Source: an uncultured Halobacteriales archaeon (GTDB taxonomy: Archaea; Thermoplasmatota; E2; JACPAO01; JAHFTW01). From it: a stretch of DNA of 64,000 nt. Position 1 is the first letter of the stretch, and each line of letters opens with the position of its first letter. A program made the translations under genes and the position numbers. The stretch is taken from NCBI GenBank assembly GCA_964643795.1, contig CAZXUC010000004.1, positions 38,526-102,525 of the forward strand, written 5' to 3'. Shown piece after piece: positions 44,499 to 52,993 of the stretch. A model generated the notes under the pieces. It worked only from the letters and a program-made list of their open reading frames with translations. It was not told where the DNA came from and made no database searches.

Positions 44499-44504
44499 TA
44501 TTAA
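44499..44504 (-). promoter_or_regulatory. TATA-box candidate for the proteasome beta/alpha operon
   Basis: The minus strand reads TTAATA, centred ~28 nt upstream of ATG 44473. This is consistent with a leaderless archaeal transcript. Confidence 0.25.
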
Positions 44505-44798
44505 TCGCGCATGGTCCGGGACATCGGAGTGGCTTCCCGATTTCGGAGCAGACATGACTCGTGATGCAGGCGGCTCGTTGGTCAGGCGGCTAGCGCGTCA
44601 AGCGGTGCGACGGCGACGGGCGACGGCCAAGGCAACCACGCGATGGGCAAGCAACGCTGGCAGACCGGGTCCCGCGATTCCCTTCTTCGGTTCCGCCTTG
44701 TTGGCGACGTCGCCGGCGTCGGGGGCGTTGAGGTCGGCGCCGGCTGAGAACGTAACCCAGGAGACTTGCTCGCCCGGGAGGCACAGAACTCCGACCGG

Positions 44799-46391
44799 TC
44801 AGAACGTGAACCGCGTCTGTGCGCCCCGCCCGGGAACGGTGGCTGCGGGCGCCGCTGGAAGAGCCGGCGATTGGACTGCCGTGGCCGGCGCCGGAACCGG
44901 AACCGCGTCCGCCGCGCGCGGGGCTGCGGCGAGCGTCGGCGCGACGCGTGCGACTCCAATCTGCGCCGCCACCGTCGCGTCGAGCAGCGCCAAGAAACTA
45001 GCCTCGGCCTCGCGTGGAATCGTCGCCCCCGCCGCGCCCTTGTGGCCGCCTCCCTGCCCGCCGAAGGCAGCCGCGGCGTCCCGCATAGCGACAGAGAGGT
45101 CGATGCCGCGCGCCTGCAATTCATTCGGTGCTCTTGCCGAGGCCTTGCTTCGGCCATCATCCGTCCAGGCCAGGCCGACCATGACGAGGTCGCGGCGCAG
45201 GCCGAGGCCGTCGAGCGCCATGCCACACACGATGCCGACGACGGTGTCACGCACTTGGTCACGCAGGTGGACGTGCTGAATGGCTAGGCGCTCAGTGACC
45301 CGCTGCCTCGCAAGCACGTCCAACGCGTTTGCGAGGTGCTTGCGGTGGTCGAGCAGGAGGTCGAGGGCTTCCGCGTACCCGAGGGCGCGGTCGCCCATAG
45401 CGACGGCCAGGCCGACTTCGGCGCGACCGTAGCGCGCTGTGCTGTTGAGGAGCGTGCCGAATTCTTGCAGCTCCCGCGTCGGCGACCCCGTTGGCTCGCC
45501 GGTGATGCGCACGACTTGCCGCCACAGGCGGTCGACTTCCGGCGCCAAGCCGCTATCGAGGAGGCGGGAGACGATGAGGCTGCGAACTGTTCTCCGTTCG
45601 TCGCGGCTCAGCCGGCTCCACGTCCGTTCGCCTTCGTCGTCCGTCAGGGGGATGCCTAGTTGCAAGAACATCTGCTCGACGCCGCGCCGGTCCCGGCTCA
45701 GCCCAGGTACTGCGGGTTCACTTGCGAGGCTGAGGTACTTGCGAAGCGGGCGCGTCTCCGGGCCAAAAAAGCCCAGGTCCATCTCGGTTTCAAGCAATCC
45801 TGCTGCAACGCCGTGGCACAACAATGCATCGTTAGTTCCGTGGAACTTGCGCTGCTTGCGGTCCTGCAGGTCCGCTGCGGCGCCGACGAGGGCCAAGGGA
45901 AGGAGAGGTAGGTTTGCGTTGTCGAGGGAGGCGGCCACGAGATATGCGCAGCCAGCCCCTGAGACCGTCTCGCCATCGCCTCCGTCGAGGAGGGGGTTGA
46001 CATGGGCGAAGGATTCCTCGTTGCCGTCGCGCACGAGCTGGTGGTGGTCGCAGACGAGGCGCGGCGTGGCGGGGAAGTGCATGTACGCGGTCGAGCCGAG
46101 GTCGCAGAACCACAGCGCCTGCGGTTTGGATTCGTCAATCTTGGCGATGTGGACGGCATCCAGCGACTTGACGGGGAACATCAATCGCGGGATGCCGGCG
46201 CGGTCGAGGGCCGATGCCGCGATGGCCGCCGAGGAGACTCCGTCGGCGTCGATGTGGTGGACAACCGTGACTGTCTGGCCGGCGGATTTTTGGGTCCGGA
46301 GCCATGTCGCCCCCGCTTCCGCCCGGCGCCGCAACGCGGGGTCCAGGTCGGGGGGGAGGGCGGGCACGGTAGTGCCCAGGAGGTTAGGCAT
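44799..46391 (-). CDS. recJ: DHH/DHHA1 phosphoesterase, archaeal RecJ/GAN-like
   Basis: VVHHIDADGVSS, LVCDHHQL (DHH) and GGQGGGHKGAAGATI (DHHA1); Ala/Pro-rich C-terminal tail. Confidence 0.7.
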   Translation of the reverse strand: MPNLLGTTVPALPPDLDPALRRRAEAGATWLRTQKSAGQTVTVVHHIDADGVSSAAIAASALDRAGIPRLMFPVKSLDAVHIAKIDESKPQALWFCDLGSTAYMHFPATPRLVCDHHQLVRDGNEESFAHVNPLLDGGDGETVSGAGCAYLVAASLDNANLPLLPLALVGAAADLQDRKQRKFHGTNDALLCHGVAAGLLETEMDLGFFGPETRPLRKYLSLASEPAVPGLSRDRRGVEQMFLQLGIPLTDDEGERTWSRLSRDERRTVRSLIVSRLLDSGLAPEVDRLWRQVVRITGEPTGSPTRELQEFGTLLNSTARYGRAEVGLAVAMGDRALGYAEALDLLLDHRKHLANALDVLARQRVTERLAIQHVHLRDQVRDTVVGIVCGMALDGLGLRRDLVMVGLAWTDDGRSKASARAPNELQARGIDLSVAMRDAAAAFGGQGGGHKGAAGATIPREAEASFLALLDATVAAQIGVARVAPTLAAAPRAADAVPVPAPATAVQSPALPAAPAATVPGRGAQTRFTF

Positions 46392-46638
46392 CGTAGACGT
46401 TCCTGCGGTGGCCGACCTGCGTCACCCAAATGGTCGTGGTCGGAGGGTCAATCCGCCCAATCACCCGGTAAGTCCCCACCCGCAGCTTCCACTCGGGTCG
46501 GCCTTGCAAACGCTCGAAGAAACGATAAGGGTCAGAGGCGACCAGAATGAGCTTGCGCATGACGCGCGAACGAACGTCCGGAGGCAAATCATGAAGCTGC
46601 TGCTCCGCCGGCGGCGTCAGCGAAACCTGCCACTTCAC
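46384..46638 (-). CDS. relE: RelE/ParE-family toxin
   Basis: MKWQVSLTPPAEQQLHDLPPDVRSRVMRKL...GRPEWKLRVGTYRVIGRID...IWVTQVGHRRNVY. 4-nt overlap with the upstream antitoxin. Confidence 0.75.
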   Translation of the reverse strand: MKWQVSLTPPAEQQLHDLPPDVRSRVMRKLILVASDPYRFFERLQGRPEWKLRVGTYRVIGRIDPPTTTIWVTQVGHRRNVYDA

Positions 46639-46898
46639 AGGCCGTGTTCCGCCATGTATTGTTGGAGCGTCTTGCCGCGCCCCGCCCGGATGTGTTCCCG
46701 CGCTTCATCCAGTTGCTTCACGACCTCGGGACGCAGCGCCAAGCCGGCGTCTTCGTCGAACCCATTCAATGCCCGCTGGATCACGGCCTCGTAGGTTTCC
46801 CGGGGATGCAACTTGTGTTTGGCAAGCCGACGCTTCAACTTCTCGGAAACCTGGATGGTTGTGGGCATCTGTAGAAGGCTATAGTGTGCCATAGTCAT
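46635..46898 (-). CDS. Antitoxin (RHH-like) of the RelE-type toxin
   Basis: ...TTIQVSEKLKRRLAKHKLHPRETYEAVIQRAL...; immediately upstream of and overlapping the toxin gene. Confidence 0.6.
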   Translation of the reverse strand: MTMAHYSLLQMPTTIQVSEKLKRRLAKHKLHPRETYEAVIQRALNGFDEDAGLALRPEVVKQLDEAREHIRAGRGKTLQQYMAEHGL

Positions 46899-47102
46899 AG
46901 GCCTGACGGTCAGAGTGGTGGCCGGAACTTGGCCTTAGCCGGGGGTGGAGTGAAATCGCGCACTCGTTGGCCTGGCATGATTTCTCCTCCTGGCGGCGTG
47001 GGGCCTGCCTTTTTGATGCGGCCTCCCTTGGGCACACCGCCAATGACCGTGTCCCAACCCAGCACAGCAACGAATTCGTTGACTCCGGCCGCCAGCTCCG
47101 GC

Positions 47103-49904
47103 ATGGACCCCGTGCTCGCGAAAATGCTGGACCTGAAGTTCTTCCATGCGAACGGGTACAAGCGGCGCATCTGCCCCACGTGCAAGGATCCGTTCTGGAC
47201 GACGGATGAATCGCGCACTCTCTGCGGCGACTCTAACTGCGTCGAGTACGACTTCCTCGGCAACCCCCTCACGAAAAAACCGCTGTCCCTCGCCGAAATG
47301 CGGGAGGCCTTCCTCTCGTTCTTCGAACGCAAGGGCCACAAACGGGTCCCCCGCAACCCCGTCGTCGCTCGCTGGCGGGACGACATCTACCTCAACATCG
47401 CCTCCATCGCGAACTTCCAACCGCACACGACCTCCGGTGAAGTCCCGCCGCCCGCGAACCCGCTCGTCGTGTCGCAGCCCTGCATCCGCCTCAACGACTT
47501 GGCCAACATCGGACGCTCTGGTCGCCACTTCTCCTGCTTTGAGATGATGGGGCACCACGCCTTCAATTCGAAAGCCTGGGGCGAGAAGTATTGGACCGAG
47601 GAATGCGTCGCGTACGGCGTCGAGTTCCTCACGAAGATCCTCGGCCTCGACGGCAAGCGCATCACGTTCAAGGAAGGGACATGGAACGGCGGCGGCAATG
47701 CCGGCCCATGCGTCGAGGTCTTCGCGGGGGGCCTCGAGGTCGCCACTCTGGTCTTCATGTGCTTGGAGGAGTCGGACAAACCCGACGCGACGTTCGTCAT
47801 CAAGGGCGAAAAGTATCGCATGATGGACTTGCGCATCATCGACACGGGTTGGGGGCTTGAGCGGCTCGCGTGGGCTAGCACGGGGACTCCGACGGCGTAC
47901 GACACCGTTTTCCCAGAAGCCATTGCGCAGGTGAAGCGGCTTGCCACCAAACCCATCCGCGATGACCCCGAGGCGCGCCGAATCATCACGGAGCACGCCC
48001 GCGTGCAAGGCATCCTCAACCTCGACATTGGCCAGAAGCTCGATGGCTTGCGCGGCGAAGTCGTGAAGCGGCTGGCGAGCCACGGCATCACGACGACGGT
48101 CGCCGAACTCAACGAAGTCATGGCGCCCGTCGAATCGATGTACGGCTTATGCGACCACTTGCGCTGCATCTCCTTCATGGTCGGGGACGGCATCGTCCCG
48201 TCGAACGTCAAGGCCGGCTACCTCATGCGCCTCGTCATCCGACGCGCCCTCCGCTTCATGGAAGTGCTGGGGATCCAGGCCAGCCTATCCGAACTCGTCA
48301 CCGGCAACATGGCGCGGATGCTACGAGAATTCCCTGAGTTCAAGGCCGCCATCCCCCGTGCGAAGGAAATGATGGACCTGGAGACCCAACGGTACCACGA
48401 ATCCCGCGACAAGGGACTGCGCCTCGTCGAGCGTACGCTGCAAAAGAAGAAGACACTCACGACGGAGGACCTCGTCGAGCTGTACGACTCGCATGGGCTA
48501 GGCCCCAACACCGTCGCGGAGGCGGCCGCGCAGATGGGCATCGTGGTCCACGTCCCCGACGATTTTGACATGGTCGTCGCGGCTCGCCACAGCAAGGAGA
48601 AGAAGGGCAAGGAGAAAGGGCTAGGCCTCACGGTCCCGGCCACGGAGCTTCTGTACTACAACGAGCAAGGCAAGCGCACGTTCACGGCCAAAGTCCTGTG
48701 GTCGGGTCAAGTCGATGGAAAACCCGCCGTCGTCCTCGACAAGACCTGCTTCTTCGCAGAGACGGGAGGCCAACCTGGCGACCAAGGACTCCTCCGCCTC
48801 GTCGACGACTCCATCATCAAGGTCCTGACCACGACCAAGGACGGCCAACACGCGGTGCACCACACAAGCGGCCCAATCGCCGTCAACGCCACCGTCCACG
48901 GCGAGGTCGACTGGGAGCTGCGGATGGATCACACCCGCAGCCACACGGCGACGCACATCATGAACGCCTCCGTCCGCCAGGTCCTCGGCAACCACTCATG
49001 GCAGGCCGGGACGCAGAAGTCCCGCGATTGCGCTCGAGTCGACATGACCCACTACCGCAGGCCAACTCGCGAGGAACTGCATGCCATCGAGAGGCTGGCG
49101 AACCAAATCGTCCTTGACGGTCGCAAGGTCAGCCGCACTTGGTTCAAGCGCGAGGAAGCCGAAGCCAAGTGGGGCATGGCTCTCCTGCAGGGCGGCATTC
49201 CGAAGGGCCGCGATGTGCGCGTCGTCATGGTGCACGGCCCCGGCGTGGTGCCCGTCGGCGATGACAAGCAGTTCTTCGACGTCGAATACTGCGGCGGCAC
49301 ACATTGCGAGATGACGGCCGAGGTCGGCCCCATCAAATTGTGGCGCACCGAACGCATCCAGGATGGCGTCGAGCGCTTCGAGTATTCGGCCGGCCCCTAC
49401 GCGGTCTCAAGGTGGCAGGAGACTGACGAGGTTCTGCGCGTGGCGGCCGCCGAGATGGAAGTCGCCTCCGCCGAGGTCCCGAACGCCGCGAAGCGATTCT
49501 TCGGCGAATGGAAGGAGCAACGCAAGCAGTTGGAGACGCTCAACCAACGCCTAGCAGAACTGGAATCCAAGGCCGCCTCCGCCGGGGCGGAACAAGTCAA
49601 CGGCGTCAAACTCATCGTCAACATCCTGCCCGGCGCAACCCTCGGCCAGACGGCGAAGGAATTGGTCGCGCAACCCAAGACGGTCGTGCTGCTGGGTTCC
49701 ACGGATGGCGCCCCCCGGCTGCTCTTTGCTCGCAGCGCCGATGTTTCCACGGATGTGGGGGCGCTGTTGCGGGAGGTCATCCCAATGATTGGCGGACGCG
49801 GTGGAGGCAAGCCAGACTTCGCACAAGGCGGTGGTCAGGACGCGTCCAAAGTCAAGGAATGCCTCGCAACTGCCAAGGAACGAGTCGCACAATCCCTCGC
49901 CTAG
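47103..49904 (+). CDS. alaS: Alanyl-tRNA synthetase (archaeal type)
   Basis: MDPVLAKMLDLKFFHANGYKRRICPTCKDPFWT..., ...FEMMGHHAF..., editing-domain HTATHIMN and CGGTHC. ATG 47103 preferred (47043 also possible). Confidence 0.9.
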   Translation: MDPVLAKMLDLKFFHANGYKRRICPTCKDPFWTTDESRTLCGDSNCVEYDFLGNPLTKKPLSLAEMREAFLSFFERKGHKRVPRNPVVARWRDDIYLNIASIANFQPHTTSGEVPPPANPLVVSQPCIRLNDLANIGRSGRHFSCFEMMGHHAFNSKAWGEKYWTEECVAYGVEFLTKILGLDGKRITFKEGTWNGGGNAGPCVEVFAGGLEVATLVFMCLEESDKPDATFVIKGEKYRMMDLRIIDTGWGLERLAWASTGTPTAYDTVFPEAIAQVKRLATKPIRDDPEARRIITEHARVQGILNLDIGQKLDGLRGEVVKRLASHGITTTVAELNEVMAPVESMYGLCDHLRCISFMVGDGIVPSNVKAGYLMRLVIRRALRFMEVLGIQASLSELVTGNMARMLREFPEFKAAIPRAKEMMDLETQRYHESRDKGLRLVERTLQKKKTLTTEDLVELYDSHGLGPNTVAEAAAQMGIVVHVPDDFDMVVAARHSKEKKGKEKGLGLTVPATELLYYNEQGKRTFTAKVLWSGQVDGKPAVVLDKTCFFAETGGQPGDQGLLRLVDDSIIKVLTTTKDGQHAVHHTSGPIAVNATVHGEVDWELRMDHTRSHTATHIMNASVRQVLGNHSWQAGTQKSRDCARVDMTHYRRPTREELHAIERLANQIVLDGRKVSRTWFKREEAEAKWGMALLQGGIPKGRDVRVVMVHGPGVVPVGDDKQFFDVEYCGGTHCEMTAEVGPIKLWRTERIQDGVERFEYSAGPYAVSRWQETDEVLRVAAAEMEVASAEVPNAAKRFFGEWKEQRKQLETLNQRLAELESKAASAGAEQVNGVKLIVNILPGATLGQTAKELVAQPKTVVLLGSTDGAPRLLFARSADVSTDVGALLREVIPMIGGRGGGKPDFAQGGGQDASKVKECLATAKERVAQSLA

Positions 49905-49913
49905 GGCGCCGAC

Positions 49914-50312
49914 TCAGGCCTTGGCTTCGACCGCGATGAGTGCGTAGTCGACGACGCGCTCCACGGCCAGAGCGAAGGAATCGAAGTCGATGGGCTTCTG
50001 CACGTAATCGAGGACGCCCAACTGCTCGCATACGGCAATCTCCTCGGGGAGGCTGCTGGAACTGAAGATGACGACCGGCAAATCCTTGCGCTTCGGGTGG
50101 GCGCGCATCCGGCGCAGGGCCTCGATGCCACCGAGGCGCGCCATCTTGAGGTCGAGCACGACGAGGCGCGGCGTGCCTTTCGCGAGCTCCTGCAGCAGAA
50201 CGAGGCCATCCTCGACGAACGCGACACGCGGGGCTCCAGGGATGTCTTGCAGGGCCGCGTGGATGAGTCGGCGGTCTTGGGAATTGTCTTCGGCCCAAAG
50301 GATGTCTGGCAT
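49914..50312 (-). CDS. Single-domain response regulator (CheY-like receiver)
   Basis: ILWAEDNSQD...LVVLDLKMARLGGIEALRRMR...PVVIFSSS...DYVQKP. Confidence 0.8.
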   Translation of the reverse strand: MPDILWAEDNSQDRRLIHAALQDIPGAPRVAFVEDGLVLLQELAKGTPRLVVLDLKMARLGGIEALRRMRAHPKRKDLPVVIFSSSSLPEEIAVCEQLGVLDYVQKPIDFDSFALAVERVVDYALIAVEAKA

Positions 50313-50544
50313 GTGCTACGCCTCCGCAGCGCTCCCAATGAACCACGTCTGCTGGAAAGCCCTTTCGGGGCAATCGAGCGGATTTCCAAGACCTGTCTTG
50401 GTGGCGCGTCCGGCGAGCGCCGTCGCGCGGGCGGCGTAACAGGGGAAAATCAACCAGCTTTGGTGGCCGAAAGCGGCCTGGTCTAGGCACGGTTAGGCGG
50501 GTGATTTCTGGCGTCCTTGATTCCGCGGCTCGCACGGCGCCGCG

Positions 50545-50829
50545 CTAGTTCCACGGATCGAATTGGTCAAGCCAATCGTAGCCGTCGCGGCGGTGTTGGA
50601 TGCGCCAAACGTACGTGGCAATGGAGCGAGGTGTGTAGACGATTCGGTAGTCGCCGACCCTGGCGCGAAAGAAGCGCACCTCCGTCCGCCCCCGCAGGAG
50701 CTTGAAGTCGAGCTTCGGGTGGCGGGCATCTTCTTCCAGGAGGCGAAGCGCCGCCCGGATTGCCTTCCGGGGGCCCGGGGCGACCGTTGCAAGGTAGGCC
50801 CGCGTGCCTTGCCCGTATCTTAGCGCCAA
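50545..50829 (-). CDS. RelE/ParE-family toxin
   Basis: ...RKAIRAALRLLEEDARHPKLDFKLLRGRTEVRFFRARVGDYRIVYT....YVWRIQHRRDGY. Confidence 0.7.
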   Translation of the reverse strand: MALRYGQGTRAYLATVAPGPRKAIRAALRLLEEDARHPKLDFKLLRGRTEVRFFRARVGDYRIVYTPRSIATYVWRIQHRRDGYDWLDQFDPWN

Positions 50830-51104
50830 ACGGAATCACGCTGCAAATCGATTTCTTCCCAAGGGTAAGCTGGATCCTGGATGGCTGCCTCGAAGGATGC
50901 GAAGAACCGTTCCGCCTCGACGAGGTCCATCAGGCGAGTGACCGCCTCGGAGTAGGAGATGCCCCCGCCGCAGTACGCCTTGAGGCGGTCGCGCACCTTC
51001 GGGTCCAGGTTGATTGTGGTCGTCGGTCCCATAGTATGCATGAGTTGCATGGAATCACTGGTTAAGGCCATTGTGGCCTGGGAGACATGGACTAGAACGG
51101 CCAA
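50820..51104 (-). CDS. Antitoxin (RHH-like) of the ParE/RelE-type toxin
   Basis: ...TTTINLDPKVRDRLKAYCGGGISYSEAVTRLMDLVE...; overlaps the toxin start by 10 nt. The true start may be an internal Met. Confidence 0.55.
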   Translation of the reverse strand: MAVLVHVSQATMALTSDSMQLMHTMGPTTTINLDPKVRDRLKAYCGGGISYSEAVTRLMDLVEAERFFASFEAAIQDPAYPWEEIDLQRDSVWR

Positions 51105-51176
51105 ATGTCGTTGCGCGAGGTCGGTGAAACCATTTCGAAGGCGCGCGAAACGGACCGCGCCACCGCGCGACGACGG

Positions 51177-51234
51177 GCCGCGGAATCCGCGGAATCACGG
51201 GAAGCGGTTTCCTTGGTTTCCCTGATTCCGCGGC
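51177..51234. repeat. 58-bp palindrome of CCGCGGAAT words (family B)
   Basis: GCCGCGGAATCCGCGGAATCACGGGAAgcggTTTCCttggTTTCCCTGATTCCGCGGC. It is related to 52661-52719 (inverted) and to a half copy at 50516-50532. Confidence 0.8.
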
Positions 51235-51286
51235 TCGGCCTGTGCTATGCCAATCAATTGCACAACGTCCCTCGCAAGTCTCAAGT

Positions 51287-51532
51287 ATGTCGCAAACCCA
51301 CGTCCATGCAATGGTCAAGGAACGCCGCCATGTCATCCTCACTCCGGTCGAGGATGGCTGGTGGATGGCCGAAGTCCCCAGCCTCCCCGGCTGCGTCACC
51401 CAAGGTGCGTCGAAGAAGGAAGCCCTTGAGAACGTGAAGGAAGCAATCGAGGGCATCATCGCCTCCATGCGCCAGCATGGTGAAGACGTTCCGCGGGACC
51501 TCCCCATCGAAAGCGCAGTCGTCGTGGTTTGA
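51287..51532 (+). CDS. hicB: HicB-family antitoxin
   Basis: ...HVILTPVEDGWWMAEVPSLPGCVTQGASKKEALENVKEAIEGII...HGEDVP (UPF0150/HicB core). Confidence 0.75.
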   Translation: MSQTHVHAMVKERRHVILTPVEDGWWMAEVPSLPGCVTQGASKKEALENVKEAIEGIIASMRQHGEDVPRDLPIESAVVVV

Positions 51533-51753
51533 TGCGCCTCTCGCAGGTGTCGGGGCGTGATGCCTCGAAGGCGCTGCAACGCCTCGGCTTCGTCATCGAT
51601 CATCAGACCGGAAGTCATTTGATTCTTTACCGCGCGAATCCACGCGGGCGCGCTTCGGTCCCCCAGCACGACGCCATCAAAGTCGGTACGTTACTCGGAA
51701 TCCTTCGAGAGGCCGGAGTGTCGCGCGACGAATTCCAGCGCGCCCCGCGCTAG
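51529..51753 (+). CDS. hicA: HicA-family mRNA interferase toxin
   Basis: ...SGRDASKALQRLGFVIDHQTGSHLILY......SVPQHDAIKVGTLLGILREAGVSRDEF. 4-nt overlap with hicB. Confidence 0.75.
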   Translation: MMRLSQVSGRDASKALQRLGFVIDHQTGSHLILYRANPRGRASVPQHDAIKVGTLLGILREAGVSRDEFQRAPR

Positions 51754-51755
51754 CC

Positions 51756-52295
51756 TCACGCCTTCAATTTCCTCTGCCAGTTCTTCCTGAACTTCGCAAG
51801 CTTCGGCGCGATGACCGCGCGACAGTATCCCTGACCAGGGTTGCTGCGGTAGTAGTCCTGGTGGTACTCCTCGCCGGCGTAGAACTTCGTGAGAGGCTCC
51901 ACTTGCGTCACGATGGGGTCGGGGAACACGTCATCCTTCGTCAGCTCAGCGATGATGGCTTCGGCCGCCTTCTGCTGCTCCGGGGAGTGGGTGAAGATGA
52001 CGCTGCGGTACTGGCTCCCGACGTCGGAGCCTTGCTGGTCGAGGGTTGTGGGGTCATGCACTGTGAAGAAGACCTCGAGAATCTCGCGATACGAAACGGC
52101 GTCGGGGTCGAACGTGAGTTGCACGACTTCGGCGTGTCCGGTGTCCCCGCCGCAGACGGATTCGTAGTCGGGGTCCTCCATCTCGCCCCCCGCGTAGCCG
52201 GACACGACGGAATCGACGCCCTGGATTTGTTGGTACACGGCCTCGATGCACCAGAAGCAGCCGCCGCCCAAAGTCGCCATTTCGCGCTTTGCCAT
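51756..52295 (-). CDS. msrA: Peptide-methionine (S)-S-oxide reductase
   Basis: ATLGGGCFWCIEAVY...VVSGYAGG...YESVCGGDTGHAEVVQLTFDP. Confidence 0.9.
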   Translation of the reverse strand: MAKREMATLGGGCFWCIEAVYQQIQGVDSVVSGYAGGEMEDPDYESVCGGDTGHAEVVQLTFDPDAVSYREILEVFFTVHDPTTLDQQGSDVGSQYRSVIFTHSPEQQKAAEAIIAELTKDDVFPDPIVTQVEPLTKFYAGEEYHQDYYRSNPGQGYCRAVIAPKLAKFRKNWQRKLKA

Positions 52296-52320
52296 GGAGT
52301 CCCGTGAAGTCCGGGGGACT

Positions 52321-52562
52321 TTAAGGCGACCGCGGCCAGCGACGCAGCACGACGTGTCGTGGTGCCACGGATTCCACCATGTACTTCACGGGGCCGTGTC
52401 CGCCCTTCGACCCGGGCACGAGGCCGCCATCGAAACGTTGCGGCCACCATTTGTCCCCGGCCACAAGCGATCATGATGCGCAGCTAGGTCACGTAGGAGG
52501 CGCTCCGCCTCGTCGCCGGATGCGGGGAGAACGCGGTGGTGGACGTTGTGCACGTGCGTCAT
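52321..52562 (-). pseudogene. Frameshifted, truncated fragment of a small SRPBCC/START-like-looking gene
   Basis: ATG 52562 gives MTHVHNVHHRVLPASGDEAERLLRDLAAHHDRLWPG. After a 1-nt frame change it continues DKWWPQRFDGGLVPGSKGGHGPVKYMVESVAP... to TAA 52321. The 242-nt length is not a multiple of 3. Family assignment is from memory only. Confidence 0.25.
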
Positions 52563-52597
52563 TCGTTAGGGCCTCCCGCCTTCACGCCCACCCGCTT

Positions 52598-52784
52598 CAC
52601 GCGGAGAACGCGGAAGCCCGCGGAACGACGGGAGCTGGGTCGCGTTGCCTTCCCCAGCGGGCCGCGGAAACCAGGAATCAGGGGAACCATGTTTCCTCTG
52701 GTTCCGCGGATTCCGCGGCTCGCCAGTTGGGAGCCCGGCGTCAGCGGTCGTCGTGGGTTCCGCGCTTTCCGCGCGCTCCGCGTG
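52598..52784. repeat. Nested ~190-bp palindrome of CGCGGAA words enclosing a family-B palindrome (52661-52719)
   Basis: Left arm CACGCGGAGAACGCGGAAGCCCGCGGAAC (52598-52626); right arm GTTCCGCGCTTTCCGCGCGCTCCGCGTG (52757-52784). The first 18 nt are identical to the MITE core at ~43012. Confidence 0.7.
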
Positions 52785-52993
52785 TCGGCCGGCAGGAGCC
52801 ACCGCTGCGCCACCAGGCCTTGCGCCTACGGCCTTCTTCCTGCGCGCCGCCCCACGCCCGCCCGAATTGCGCCCGCTCCGAGGAGCGTACGGCGTCTTGA
52901 ACCGGCCAGCATCGGCGTCGCCACGCACTGGAAGGCCGAGGGCTTTGCGGGCGGCCTTCTCGTCGGCGCGCTCCTTCCCGGAACGGGCGGAAC

